Shown piece after piece: positions 36,456 through 45,571 of a DNA stretch of 64,000 nt. Positions within the stretch are counted from its first letter, which is position 1; every line of letters starts with the position of its first letter. Position numbers and translations under genes: made by a program. Source of the DNA: a virus; the IMG/VR virus record IMGVR_UViG_3300046005_001038, positions 15,833-79,832 of that record; one strand, given 5' to 3'. The notes under the pieces were generated by a model, which was given only the letters and a program-made list of their open reading frames with translations, was not told where the DNA came from and did not search any database.

Positions 36456-38489
36456 CTATAAAGTAACATTCTGGCTTGTTGCATCAACAGACACTTGCCC
36501 ACTTGCTAAATCAGTATTTGTAGTATTTCCAGTTACACTCAAGCTCGTTGCACGGCAACGCACGTTGGTAGATGTAGTTGCATAAATACCTTTTAAGAAC
36601 CCCGTGACTGTTCCACCCTCAACCGCCACATCAGTACATCCTTGCCACCGAATACCTGTTCCAGCGGCAGTGGTATCGGATAACCGCCCAATTCTTACAA
36701 TTCCGTTTGATGATGTGTTCATTCTAACAACTCCAACACCTCGATAGCCAGTGGAATAAACCTTACCTATATCGAACTTTGATGCCGAAGGTAAATCAAG
36801 AAGGGTTATGGATGGCAAATACTGAGCATCCGCCCTAATGCACCCTATATTGACTACACCATCGTTATTTGGACCAATAATAATAGTCGTAGGGGATGTT
36901 GAGTTGCCTGTTTGATTATGCCTCATTGCACCGATAAAACACTCACCTAACATTACTAACACAGTACCTGGGTGTCCGTATGATGTATCTATCAACTCCG
37001 ATACAAGAGTTGTGTAGGCTTTGACCGTGATAACAGTGTTAATAATAGGGTTGCCTTGCGTTGATTTACTTAATGCTTTTATTCTTGTATTGTATAAACA
37101 GCTTCTAAATGAGCCAGATGGCGGACTACCTGCTGCGATTGTTATATAACTATACCCAGTGTCCACAGTACATCCAGAAGCATTAGCTACGTCTATATAA
37201 TCTATTTGAGCCAATGCGATATTTCCTGGGTTGTTAATATCCCCGATAGATATACCTCTATGTGTAATAGACAAGCATTCTAACGAGTGAATTTTTGGTA
37301 CCGTCCACGATGGTGGTGTGTAAATTGCATTTTGTGTATCTTCAATTCTAAAGTCATACAACGCATTGCTCCGTGTTCCAGCAATTTGATTAACAGTGAT
37401 GTTATCAACTTTTAATCCAGAGCATCTTTTTAGCCATACACCTGTTAGCTCCTTAGATTGTGATAAAGTCTGAGCTTCTTGTAACGTCCTATCATGTGTA
37501 CCGTACCCCCAGCCGTCTACGCGAATAGAGTTAACTGTTTGATTTGCGCCAATAAGATATACCCCATGACCAGCACTATCTTTAACCCAAATATCCCCGT
37601 AGGTATTATCGTGGCAGTCTGATGAATCTACAACAAACGCCCCGTCTGTGTTGTACACTGTGCCAATACATGGGCAATCCTCTACTATAAAGTTACCAAA
37701 TTTTGTGTTTGTAATAGATGAATACATATGTACTCCTCTACCATAAATTCCTGTCAAATGTTTAGTTGCGTCTGATTTGCAAATTACGTTTAGAAGGGAT
37801 AGGTCGGAGTCTTGCACCCCTATAGCTCCAAATCTATCGTAAGTGGTTATGTGTCCAGATAGTATTAAGTCAGAGAGAGCTGACGCGGTAGAAGGAAACC
37901 CTGCACTGGGGATAATATGAATCAAACCTGAGAATTCAGCCCCCTGTTGGAAGTGCATTTTAGCCTTAGAATGGCTGGAGTTTAAATTAAAGGATGTGCA
38001 GTACAGTCCAGCAACCCAATCAATAGTAATGCCAGGAACAGTGGAATTAGTTAATACATTTGCCAGGCGTGTTGCATAATCTCTTTCCCAGTATGTCCCT
38101 ATTCTTGCGTTCCCCGTGCCTGAGCCAGTTGCGGCTATATTTAAAGTTGCACCCGACCCATCAGGTAGTATTGAGATTATTTTTGGAGGTGTGCCACCGT
38201 AACTACCTGTTGACAAAGGCGAACAAACTACCATGCCTATCATATTGTTGTTAAATGCCCCAGCAGACGCAGCTAAAGTAGTTGTCGCATTAAACGTAAT
38301 GTTTAATACGTCCGACCCATCTGGGTAAATACCATAACGTCTAACGTCCCCGACAGGGTAGTTAGGGTTTATAACTCCAACCTCTTTGATTGGGTACTCA
38401 GCAACAGGTGTATGAGCATACCCACCCGCAGTCCCTCTATCCTTCTTAAACTCAACGCCAGCTTTCGCCGCTTCAACTATAAAACTCAT
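36456..38489 (-). CDS. Beta-helix (tailspike/pectate-lyase-like) virion protein
   Basis: YPVGDVRRYG..PDG N-terminal motif, followed by repetitive G/I/V/N beta-helix rungs. Confidence 0.7.
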   Translation of the reverse strand: MSFIVEAAKAGVEFKKDRGTAGGYAHTPVAEYPIKEVGVINPNYPVGDVRRYGIYPDGSDVLNITFNATTTLAASAGAFNNNMIGMVVCSPLSTGSYGGTPPKIISILPDGSGATLNIAATGSGTGNARIGTYWERDYATRLANVLTNSTVPGITIDWVAGLYCTSFNLNSSHSKAKMHFQQGAEFSGLIHIIPSAGFPSTASALSDLILSGHITTYDRFGAIGVQDSDLSLLNVICKSDATKHLTGIYGRGVHMYSSITNTKFGNFIVEDCPCIGTVYNTDGAFVVDSSDCHDNTYGDIWVKDSAGHGVYLIGANQTVNSIRVDGWGYGTHDRTLQEAQTLSQSKELTGVWLKRCSGLKVDNITVNQIAGTRSNALYDFRIEDTQNAIYTPPSWTVPKIHSLECLSITHRGISIGDINNPGNIALAQIDYIDVANASGCTVDTGYSYITIAAGSPPSGSFRSCLYNTRIKALSKSTQGNPIINTVITVKAYTTLVSELIDTSYGHPGTVLVMLGECFIGAMRHNQTGNSTSPTTIIIGPNNDGVVNIGCIRADAQYLPSITLLDLPSASKFDIGKVYSTGYRGVGVVRMNTSSNGIVRIGRLSDTTAAGTGIRWQGCTDVAVEGGTVTGFLKGIYATTSTNVRCRATSLSVTGNTTNTDLASGQVSVDATSQNVTL

Positions 38490-38800
38490 TGTTTCACCCA
38501 ATTGCTAGTTGCAGTTAAATTACCGTTTGTCCAAGTGAAAGTTTGCGTATAAGTATTGCTGTTGCTATCTGTATAGGTATCAGAAATTAAATTACCAGAA
38601 GAATCGTAACCGAAAGAGTGATTCGTTGTTGAATTAGGATGTACAGCCAGTCCATCAGAAGCGATTATTTGAGGAACGCCAGAATCTCCTTTTTCACCTT
38701 TATCTCCCTTTAGACCTGCGGGAAATGCTTGTACTACCGTTTGAACAACAGGGGATACTTGAATAGTTTGTTGATTTTGATTTACAATAATATCTGTCAT
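38486..38800 (-). CDS. Collagen-motif virion protein
   Basis: GLKGDKGEKGDSG triplets, then the duplicated C-terminal module. Confidence 0.65.
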   Translation of the reverse strand: MTDIIVNQNQQTIQVSPVVQTVVQAFPAGLKGDKGEKGDSGVPQIIASDGLAVHPNSTTNHSFGYDSSGNLISDTYTDSNSNTYTQTFTWTNGNLTATSNWVKQ

Positions 38801-39174
38801 ACAATCGCTTCCGTCACTTCAGGCACAACAACAACTTTATCTTTATAATCTGCAATAGGCGGTAATACTGTTGTGATACTTGAGCCTACTTTTTGTTGAA
38901 TATCATAATAATATCGACCTACAGGAACTTGTTTGGTCACACTAGCAGGGACAGTTAAATAACAAATACCGTTAAGTGCTTCATCATTTACATTATCACC
39001 TACAGTAGTCACAAACTGCATAGCGGCTTGAGCATCTGAATTATCATAACTCGCTTTTAATGTCAACCAAAACTTATAACCTGTAATATCAACAGCAATC
39101 CCTGCTACATCATTCACAGTTAGCTTAATGTTATAATCATCGCCTACTCTAAAGTCAGGAATCCACTTAGCCAT
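38797..39174 (-). CDS. Ig-like/BppU-like structural adaptor
   Basis: GDD…I.L, VDITGY, G.YYYDIQ motifs. Confidence 0.6.
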   Translation of the reverse strand: MAKWIPDFRVGDDYNIKLTVNDVAGIAVDITGYKFWLTLKASYDNSDAQAAMQFVTTVGDNVNDEALNGICYLTVPASVTKQVPVGRYYYDIQQKVGSSITTVLPPIADYKDKVVVVPEVTEAIV

Positions 39175-39184
39175 AAATTACTCC

Positions 39185-39325
39185 TTATTTCTTACGTTTA
39201 GCTTTCGCTTTCTTAGCCACAGATAGAGCGATTGCAATACTTTGCTTTTGTGATTTTCCTGATTTCATTTCGGTTCTGATATTCGATGAAATCGTTTTCT
39301 TACTGTAACCTTTTTTAAGTGGCAT
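39185..39325 (-). CDS. Small basic conserved phage protein (46 aa)
   Basis: MPLKKGYSKKTISSNIRTEMKSGKSQKQSIAIALSVAKKAK… Not in the ORF track. Confidence 0.75.
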   Translation of the reverse strand: MPLKKGYSKKTISSNIRTEMKSGKSQKQSIAIALSVAKKAKAKRKK

Positions 39326-39330
39326 GAGAG

Positions 39331-39654
39331 TTAATCCTCATTACAAATAAGAATTGCAGTTACTGTTCCAGTATTAGCAGTGACATCTAACACAATTTTG
39401 TCCGCAGATGCGATAACATGTCTACCTGTTGCAGAAAGTGTAGTTAAGGTAGCATCTTTAGCAGTTTCACCAAAAGCATTACTTTTAACAACCACAGTAG
39501 CTGTAGCTGAAATGTGTACAACAAGCGTAGATAAAGCGGGTGCGAACAAACAGTTACTTCTAACAACAGCCGTTGTACTGTGTTTAGGTAACTTGCGTAC
39601 AACACCGCTAATCGTCTGTTCAACTTCAAAGAAACTGTATGTATCGTCACTCAT
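39331..39654 (-). CDS. Hypothetical structural protein
   Basis: Beta-rich ORF in the head module. Confidence 0.55.
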   Translation of the reverse strand: MSDDTYSFFEVEQTISGVVRKLPKHSTTAVVRSNCLFAPALSTLVVHISATATVVVKSNAFGETAKDATLTTLSATGRHVIASADKIVLDVTANTGTVTAILICNED

Positions 39655-39657
39655 ATC

Positions 39658-40206
39658 TTATACTCTGGCTAATTGTGGGAATAATTCTTTTAAATCATCA
39701 AACGACAAACCTAATTCTTCAAACTTTTTAAGTTTTTCAGAGCGTTCCATACGTTCTTTTGCTGTCGCAGCTACATAATGTGAGATTGCTTCTGCGAATT
39801 CTTCATTAGGTGTTGGTTTTACGAGCTGTGATGATAATTCATCTACTTGTTTTTGTAATTTAGCTAATTCAGTTTCTGTAGAATCTGCTTTATTACGAAG
39901 CTCCTCGAATTCAGCACTGGCTACCGCGATTGCGGCTTTCACTTCATCTTGTGACAAAGATTGTACAGGTTCTTCAACCACAATAACTTCTTCTACAGTA
40001 GCTACGCTAGCATCAACTGGAGCAGTTGTGTACGTTGCCACAGTATCACGAGTTAACCCTAATGCGACTTTATTGAGTGCTGAACGAGTTAATTTACTAT
40101 CACCTGTTAATGCTTTAACAGCATCTAACATAGGTAAACCGTCATCTGTCCACAAGGTTGCGTCATTCGGGTCTAATGCTTTTAAAACGTCTAATAATTC
40201 TGCCAT
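39658..40206 (-). CDS. Head-module protein with coiled coil
   Basis: LDP.D..LWT.DGLP N-terminal motif and a coiled coil. Directly after the capsid gene. Confidence 0.6.
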   Translation of the reverse strand: MAELLDVLKALDPNDATLWTDDGLPMLDAVKALTGDSKLTRSALNKVALGLTRDTVATYTTAPVDASVATVEEVIVVEEPVQSLSQDEVKAAIAVASAEFEELRNKADSTETELAKLQKQVDELSSQLVKPTPNEEFAEAISHYVAATAKERMERSEKLKKFEELGLSFDDLKELFPQLARV

Positions 40207-40261
40207 TTTATATTCCTGTAAATACCCTTCCTTCACACAAAGCAAAGGAAGGGTTAAATTA

Positions 40262-41320
40262 TTAAGATTCTTGTGTAATTAAACGAGCAATGTTGACTTG
40301 TTTGCGTTCAGGGTAACGACGCGACCAGTTAGCAGCAGTCGCTAATGCAGTATTACTTGCACCGCCTTCTGTAGCAGTACCGATGTACGAAGTACCTTCA
40401 GGTGCAACCACAAATTCTTGACGACTGTATAAGGTTTCAATACCACCACCATTACCGCCGTTAGGAGCGCGGAACACTTCACTAGGAATACGAGGAGAAC
40501 CCATACCTAATTGTAATGCACCACTACCTAAGATGTAAGTGTAGTATTTACCAGCCAATCCTGTACCAGAAACACCTGCTGGCATCATATTATCAGACAC
40601 AACTTCCATATCCATAAATGTTGGAATGTTACGTTTTTCTTGTGAATCAGGTACAAAAGTAATCATGTTACGTTTTAACATACGCGCATATACAACAGGG
40701 TGTACTAACAATGTACGCAAACCATCCGCACTATCACCCATTGTTGCTAAGGTATCAATCAACAATTCAGCAGAGAAACGAGTTGTATCACTTGCTGATT
40801 GTGGTGTACCTGAAGGCAAACCTGTGTTTGTTGAAGCATCATAAGTTAAATCATATTGTGTATGCGTATCTGAACCTGATGCCGCAGCATCGTTATCAGC
40901 AAATACACCTGCTAAGGTAGCAAGGAATGTTTTTTGTAAATCCCAAGCCCAATAAGATGCTACACGGTCACCAATACCTTTTAACGGGTCTGCACCTGTT
41001 AAATCTGCTGCTAAATCAGCAGCAGTCCATGATTGGTTTCTGCTCAAGCGTTGTTGAACGATTGACGCGCCTGTAATTGCATTCGGAGTAGAAGTAGCGG
41101 TATCATCTGAACTCGATACGTTAGATACGTTACGAACTAAATCTTTGTAGAAAGGCATTGTTACAATGTTACCGCCACCAGACAAGAAATTGTCTAAGAA
41201 GCCTGAACGTGCAACAGCACCTGATTGAATGAGTTTTGATTTTTCTTGTGTGCGTAAGAACACATACGGATTAAATACTTGTGGTACTAATAACGCTGTA
41301 CTTAAAGTTGCGACTGCCAT
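40262..41320 (-). CDS. Major capsid protein
   Basis: P.VF.PY, S.LIQSG, MPFY.DL, W…DLA..L.G.DP…IG.RVA.YW, L.SR…V.P.G. Follows the scaffold gene. Confidence 0.9.
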   Translation of the reverse strand: MAVATLSTALLVPQVFNPYVFLRTQEKSKLIQSGAVARSGFLDNFLSGGGNIVTMPFYKDLVRNVSNVSSSDDTATSTPNAITGASIVQQRLSRNQSWTAADLAADLTGADPLKGIGDRVASYWAWDLQKTFLATLAGVFADNDAAASGSDTHTQYDLTYDASTNTGLPSGTPQSASDTTRFSAELLIDTLATMGDSADGLRTLLVHPVVYARMLKRNMITFVPDSQEKRNIPTFMDMEVVSDNMMPAGVSGTGLAGKYYTYILGSGALQLGMGSPRIPSEVFRAPNGGNGGGIETLYSRQEFVVAPEGTSYIGTATEGGASNTALATAANWSRRYPERKQVNIARLITQES

Positions 41321-41371
41321 TTGGAAATTCCTTTATTAAATTAGTTAATTGATTTATTCATATTTCATCCT

Positions 41372-41425
41372 TTGCCCATGCAAGTAATTGAAAGTTAATT
41401 GTGTATTGTATCTACCCATGTAGAT
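41372..41425 (-). promoter_or_regulatory. Tandem AUGG-loop hairpins in the capsid mRNA leader
   Basis: AUCUAC-AUGG-GUAGAU and UUGC-AUGG-GCAA, downstream of a TTGACT-17-TAGCAT promoter. Confidence 0.55.
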
Positions 41426-41502
41426 TTATCGCTGTATGCTACACGAAAAGTATTTAAAAGTCAAGCATTATTTAGTGTAGATGTCAAATTTATTTTCGAT
41501 GA

Positions 41503-41661
41503 ATAAAAAGAAACCCTTTAACAGTTTTAATTATTAAAGGGTCGAGTGTAGGAGGACTAAAAATGAGAACAAACCAAGACTATGAAATCTTATTAAAAAC
41601 TCTGTTTAGAATTCTTAATAAGATTATCTTATCTATTGCTAGAAAAAGATAATCTTAACTG
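41503..41661 (-). ncRNA. Candidate ~155-nt small RNA with anti-Shine-Dalgarno motifs
   Basis: Own promoter (TTGACA-17-AATAAT, 41668-41696), two hairpins, ACCUCC and UCAUUUUUAGUCCUCCU motifs, intrinsic terminator 41503-41542. Confidence 0.5.
41563..41652 (+). CDS. Possible 29-aa cationic amphipathic peptide antisense to the sRNA
   Basis: AGGAGG RBS 7 nt before the ATG. MRTNQDYEILLKTLFRILNKIILSIARKR. No clear + strand promoter. Confidence 0.3.
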   Translation: MRTNQDYEILLKTLFRILNKIILSIARKR

Positions 41662-41700
41662 GAGGTAATTATTTCACACTATAATCACAGTGTCAAGCAT

Positions 41701-42480
41701 TTATTTAGCTTGTTTAGATAATCTTTCCGCTAAGGTCGGGTTCTCTGTCCACATCTGTGCTTGTTCAGTTAAATTACCTGTCGCAAAAGGATTGTTGCCT
41801 TTATACGCTCCATTACCACCTTTTGCACCACCACCTACGTTATCACCCCAGTAATAAGGGTTACTTGCTTGTTGTTCACTTAACCACACTTCAAATGGCA
41901 TATAACCTGTCACACCGTTGATACCGTCTTTCGTTAAGAATTTACCATCATCAGTTTCTGTGAATAAGCGTTCTGCTTTCATTAGCACGGTTTCTTCAAA
42001 ACGAGGGTCAATTTTAGCAGCTTTGATTTTAGCCACAAATTCATCATTCATTCGACGTTGACGGTCTACTTGTTCAAAGTACGCAACACGCTGTTCTAAT
42101 TCAGCCGCTTTCTTAGAAATTGCATCACGTTCAGCCATCAAAGGTTGTGTTTGACTTTTTGCGCGTGCATTTGCCATTTCTTCTAACTTAGCTACATCTA
42201 CCGTAGAACCTTTCGCTAATTCTTCTAATTCAGCGATTCTCGCTAATTGTGCTTGTACAGATTCAGGGTCTAATTCGCCAAAATGTGATAACTTCGCTTT
42301 GACTTGTTTGTGGTCATTGCGTTCTTTTTCTAATGCGCCTTGCACTTTCGTGAATTCACTTAACGGTTTCACACCTGCTACATCCAACACATATTTGCTA
42401 CCATCAGCCGTTGGTGTGTAGAATGAATGTAGTGTTTCATCTAATGAATCTAAACTTGTAATTTCGTATTCTAATGCCAT
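41701..42480 (-). CDS. Capsid scaffolding protein
   Basis: Y…DG.KY.LDV.G, ALEKER, coiled coil, GGGAKGG…NPF…NLTEQ C-terminus. Confidence 0.85.
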   Translation of the reverse strand: MALEYEITSLDSLDETLHSFYTPTADGSKYVLDVAGVKPLSEFTKVQGALEKERNDHKQVKAKLSHFGELDPESVQAQLARIAELEELAKGSTVDVAKLEEMANARAKSQTQPLMAERDAISKKAAELEQRVAYFEQVDRQRRMNDEFVAKIKAAKIDPRFEETVLMKAERLFTETDDGKFLTKDGINGVTGYMPFEVWLSEQQASNPYYWGDNVGGGAKGGNGAYKGNNPFATGNLTEQAQMWTENPTLAERLSKQAK

Positions 42481-42501
42481 TTTAATATCTCTCGTTTTGT
42501 C

Positions 42502-42538
42502 GGACACCATTGCCCATTTTGTGAACCACCATTGGTTC
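42502..42538 (-). promoter_or_regulatory. Tandem AUGG-loop hairpins in the scaffold mRNA leader
   Basis: GAACCA-AUGG-UGGUUC and GGGCA-AUGG-UGUCC. Confidence 0.55.
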
Positions 42539-42614
42539 GGTAAGTTGAGTCTTTTATTATCCTGTGTCTACTCAGCACAGTTCGATGCAACTTGTTATAC
42601 TGTCGTGCTTCAGT

Positions 42615-44120
42615 TCAATCTCCGTTAATCGGGTCATTATTCACAGTAACACGGTCAACATTCATCGATGCTGTCGGTTGTTGTACTCCGTTACTTGAAT
42701 TATCAGGAACTTCTATCGGAGGAGATAAGTCATCCTCTTTCATTAACTTACGTTCTTCTTCATAACTAAGTTTCGTATAACCTTGGTCTTTAAGAATTGT
42801 ATGAACTGTTTTATCAGCTAACGGTAATAAGCCTGTATTTTTAGCAGCAATCAACTGTGCAAAGTCTTGACCTTTCATATCTTTGTCAGAGAACTGTAAG
42901 TTAGGAATAACTTCAACTTTTGAATCATCTAATCCCATCCATCTAGCACACTTCTTCAACAATTCTTCGAGTGCATAAGCAGATGTGACAGCAACTTGAT
43001 TTAAGTTAGCCGTTTGTGCAGCCATACGAATTTTAAGTGCGTCACCTGATTCTTGTTTAGAATTTCCATTCATCAACTGACCAGCTTTTGTCACAGCCGC
43101 TTGTTTATCGTTCTCAATTGCTTGACGCATTTCAGCCAAACCAGATGAACTCACACCGATAAACTTCGCATCACCACCCATATCAACATCAATTCTTGCA
43201 CCTGCGCCAACACGAGTTGCTTCGTCTTGTCCATGACTAATACCACCTACCACAACTAAGGTATCTTGTCCTTGCATATACAAAGTGTGACGATAATCCG
43301 CTTCAGCCCGATAGATGGCAAGTGATAGATTCGCTAAACCTAATAACGGTGGTACATCAGGTGTCGCTAAAATATCTTTCGAGTTAGCGAACACAAAGGG
43401 GATTTCATTTAAGGATTGACCACGATAAATAGGTGTCACGAAGGATTCTAACGTAGGATTTTCGTTTGAATAGTTCATCACAGATTGTGAATATGTTGCA
43501 TTCTGATAATCTTCTTCATTCACATTAAAATCACCTAACGCTAAGAACCGATAGCGAGGTTGTTCTGACCATGACACCCCTTGTCGCATCCATGTGGTTT
43601 CGTCCAACACAACTAAGTTAAGGGCATTAAATCCTACGTTGTCAGAACCTTCATCCCAATTGACGATGTTTTCTGCATTGTACATTGCAATATACGGATT
43701 ACCACTACCACTTGAGTCAATATCTAGCAATAAACCTACACGACCTGTAATGAACTGTTGTGAATGAATTCTACGCAATAAATGGTCTAAATTATCACCG
43801 TTAATCGTCGCTTTAGTACGCAAGAATTCCATTTCTGGCGGTAATTTGATTTGTGTCGGTCTATAGTGTAACAATCCGATATAACTTTCGACTGCATCAT
43901 GCACAAAGTTGTGATAGACAGCGCGTTTCTTATAAGATTCATAGGACTTATAACCATCTTCACTAACACTCATTCCATCTAAAACTTGACCGCCTGTAGC
44001 AGGTAAATACGTCTGTCCTTTAGATTTAACTTGTTTCTCACCTTTGTAACAATCACGCATAATCAACCAATCTTCGATTGATTCATCATATAGCGGATGT
44101 GTTGAAACTGTGCTTGTCAT
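42615..44120 (-). CDS. Portal protein (DUF4055 type)
   Basis: HP.Y….W..MRD.Y.GE..VK..G..YLP, Y..RA…N, GRVGLL.D, Y.AE.I.NW, PPLL.LA.L.LA.YR..ADY. Confidence 0.92.
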   Translation of the reverse strand: MTSTVSTHPLYDESIEDWLIMRDCYKGEKQVKSKGQTYLPATGGQVLDGMSVSEDGYKSYESYKKRAVYHNFVHDAVESYIGLLHYRPTQIKLPPEMEFLRTKATINGDNLDHLLRRIHSQQFITGRVGLLLDIDSSGSGNPYIAMYNAENIVNWDEGSDNVGFNALNLVVLDETTWMRQGVSWSEQPRYRFLALGDFNVNEEDYQNATYSQSVMNYSNENPTLESFVTPIYRGQSLNEIPFVFANSKDILATPDVPPLLGLANLSLAIYRAEADYRHTLYMQGQDTLVVVGGISHGQDEATRVGAGARIDVDMGGDAKFIGVSSSGLAEMRQAIENDKQAAVTKAGQLMNGNSKQESGDALKIRMAAQTANLNQVAVTSAYALEELLKKCARWMGLDDSKVEVIPNLQFSDKDMKGQDFAQLIAAKNTGLLPLADKTVHTILKDQGYTKLSYEEERKLMKEDDLSPPIEVPDNSSNGVQQPTASMNVDRVTVNNDPINGD

Positions 44121-44305
44121 TAAATAGCTACCTCAACGGCTTCTACTACTACGTCGTCTACTTCAGGATTAGTCAATACATCAACAATCGTTTCAGCAAT
44201 CTTTTGTGTAGCAATGCCTTCTACGGCAGAGCCTACATCTTTAGCTGCGTGTTCGATTCCGTGTTCTGCTTTTTTTAACGCTTTACTGATTTTACTCATA
44301 TTCAC
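44120..44305 (-). CDS. Hypothetical protein
   Basis: ORF coupled (TAATG) to the portal gene. Confidence 0.55.
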   Translation of the reverse strand: MNMSKISKALKKAEHGIEHAAKDVGSAVEGIATQKIAETIVDVLTNPEVDDVVVEAVEVAI

Positions 44306-44308
44306 CCC

Positions 44309-44869
44309 TTAATTATTAAAATTATCTATGCTATCTTCTAAATATAAAAATTCGCCAAAATACAGATGCGCTGCTTCACAATACTTACTATACGCTTCTT
44401 CTGCTGTATCAAACAAGCCTAAGTTTAAACGTACTGAATTTACAGTTATTCTCGCTCTAAACTTGTTACTTTTAGTTGCAGTAACTCCTTTGAACCCAGT
44501 AGTGTTATTTATTTGTCTTTTTGAATGCTGATGATTTTCAGTATGTGTGCAATTTCTGATATTTTCAATTCTGTTATCTGATGTATTGAAGTTAATATGG
44601 TCTATATGATTTGGGTCTGTACCGTATATCATTTTGTACACTATTCTGTGCGCTCTATATTTTATACCGTTTATTTTTATTGCAATATAACCTCTAGTTC
44701 CAGCAACACCTGCCTTTTTATTAGCGTTTTTAACATTCCAAGCGTTAGTATATTGCATATTTTTGAAATGACTTAACGGTCTTTCTTTCCAATACAACTC
44801 TCCTGTTTCAGAATCGTAATTGAAACATTCATGTAGATAACTCTGTTCTGGTAATAATTTAATTTTCAT
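44309..44869 (-). CDS. HNH-AP2 homing endonuclease
   Basis: AHRIVY, IDHIN…DNRIENIR, NTTGFKGV, LGLFDTAEEA…Y..AA. Confidence 0.88.
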   Translation of the reverse strand: MKIKLLPEQSYLHECFNYDSETGELYWKERPLSHFKNMQYTNAWNVKNANKKAGVAGTRGYIAIKINGIKYRAHRIVYKMIYGTDPNHIDHINFNTSDNRIENIRNCTHTENHQHSKRQINNTTGFKGVTATKSNKFRARITVNSVRLNLGLFDTAEEAYSKYCEAAHLYFGEFLYLEDSIDNFNN

Positions 44870-45125
44870 CTGTTTCACTTCTAACTACATTATGTCCAGC
44901 TACTAATGCTAGCGAACCTATCACAATCTTGGTTGCTGTTTCGGAATCAATCTCTAAAGAATAGGTCAGAATGATTGGGATTATAATTATTAAACCTTGA
45001 TAAGTGCTAGGTTCTTGTAGCCTTTTTCTTATCCATCTTGAAATAAAATTAGATTTTACATCTGAACTACTGTTGGATTTCTGTAGTGTTTCTGTAACTA
45101 ATTTAATAATCTCTTCTTCTGTCAT
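44859..45125 (-). CDS. Small two-TM membrane protein, holin-like
   Basis: WI..RLQEPSTYQGL motif followed by two hydrophobic segments. Confidence 0.55.
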   Translation of the reverse strand: MTEEEIIKLVTETLQKSNSSSDVKSNFISRWIRKRLQEPSTYQGLIIIIPIILTYSLEIDSETATKIVIGSLALVAGHNVVRSETDEN

Positions 45126-45189
45126 ATCCACCTTCTTTATAAGAACCCATACTATAAATATAGGTTCTTACAGTTAAGAACAATTTAAA

Positions 45190-45462
45190 TTACTTAGCTT
45201 GTTTAAACGCGAGGTAATTTTTAGCTTCCGTAGCAGGTAAGTCCATTGCTTCACCTGTAGCTGGATTACGTCCTGCTCGTGCTGGACGAGCTGCGCGAAC
45301 TTTCGTCTTAAACGAACCGAAGTTAGGAATACGAACTTCATCGTTAGCAGACACAGTAGTGAACACACAATCAACAACTGCACGAACTTTATCATTCGTG
45401 AGTTCTACACCTGTGTTAGCTAATTGTACTTTTACTTCTTTTAAAAAATCTTGAAACGTCAT
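45190..45462 (-). CDS. HU/IHF-family DNA-binding protein
   Basis: V.IPNFGSFK…RAAR..R.GRNPATGE. Own TTGACA-17-TACTAT promoter. Confidence 0.92.
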   Translation of the reverse strand: MTFQDFLKEVKVQLANTGVELTNDKVRAVVDCVFTTVSANDEVRIPNFGSFKTKVRAARPARAGRNPATGEAMDLPATEAKNYLAFKQAK

Positions 45463-45571
45463 TGGTAATAAATCCTTGTGTTTAGTTAAAAAATATGTTA
45501 TTTGTAAATCTGATGCGATAGTATCATAGTGTTTAAGCGATGTCAAGTGTTTTGTTTAATAAATAAGTGTA

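Noticed and set aside
36135-38800. Diversity-generating retroelement (TR/VR pair)
   Set aside because: No reverse transcriptase in the window, both copies are coding, and the differences are not confined to adenines.
41372-42538. CsrA/RsmA binding sites
   Set aside because: Loops are AUGG followed by G or U and lack the essential GGA.
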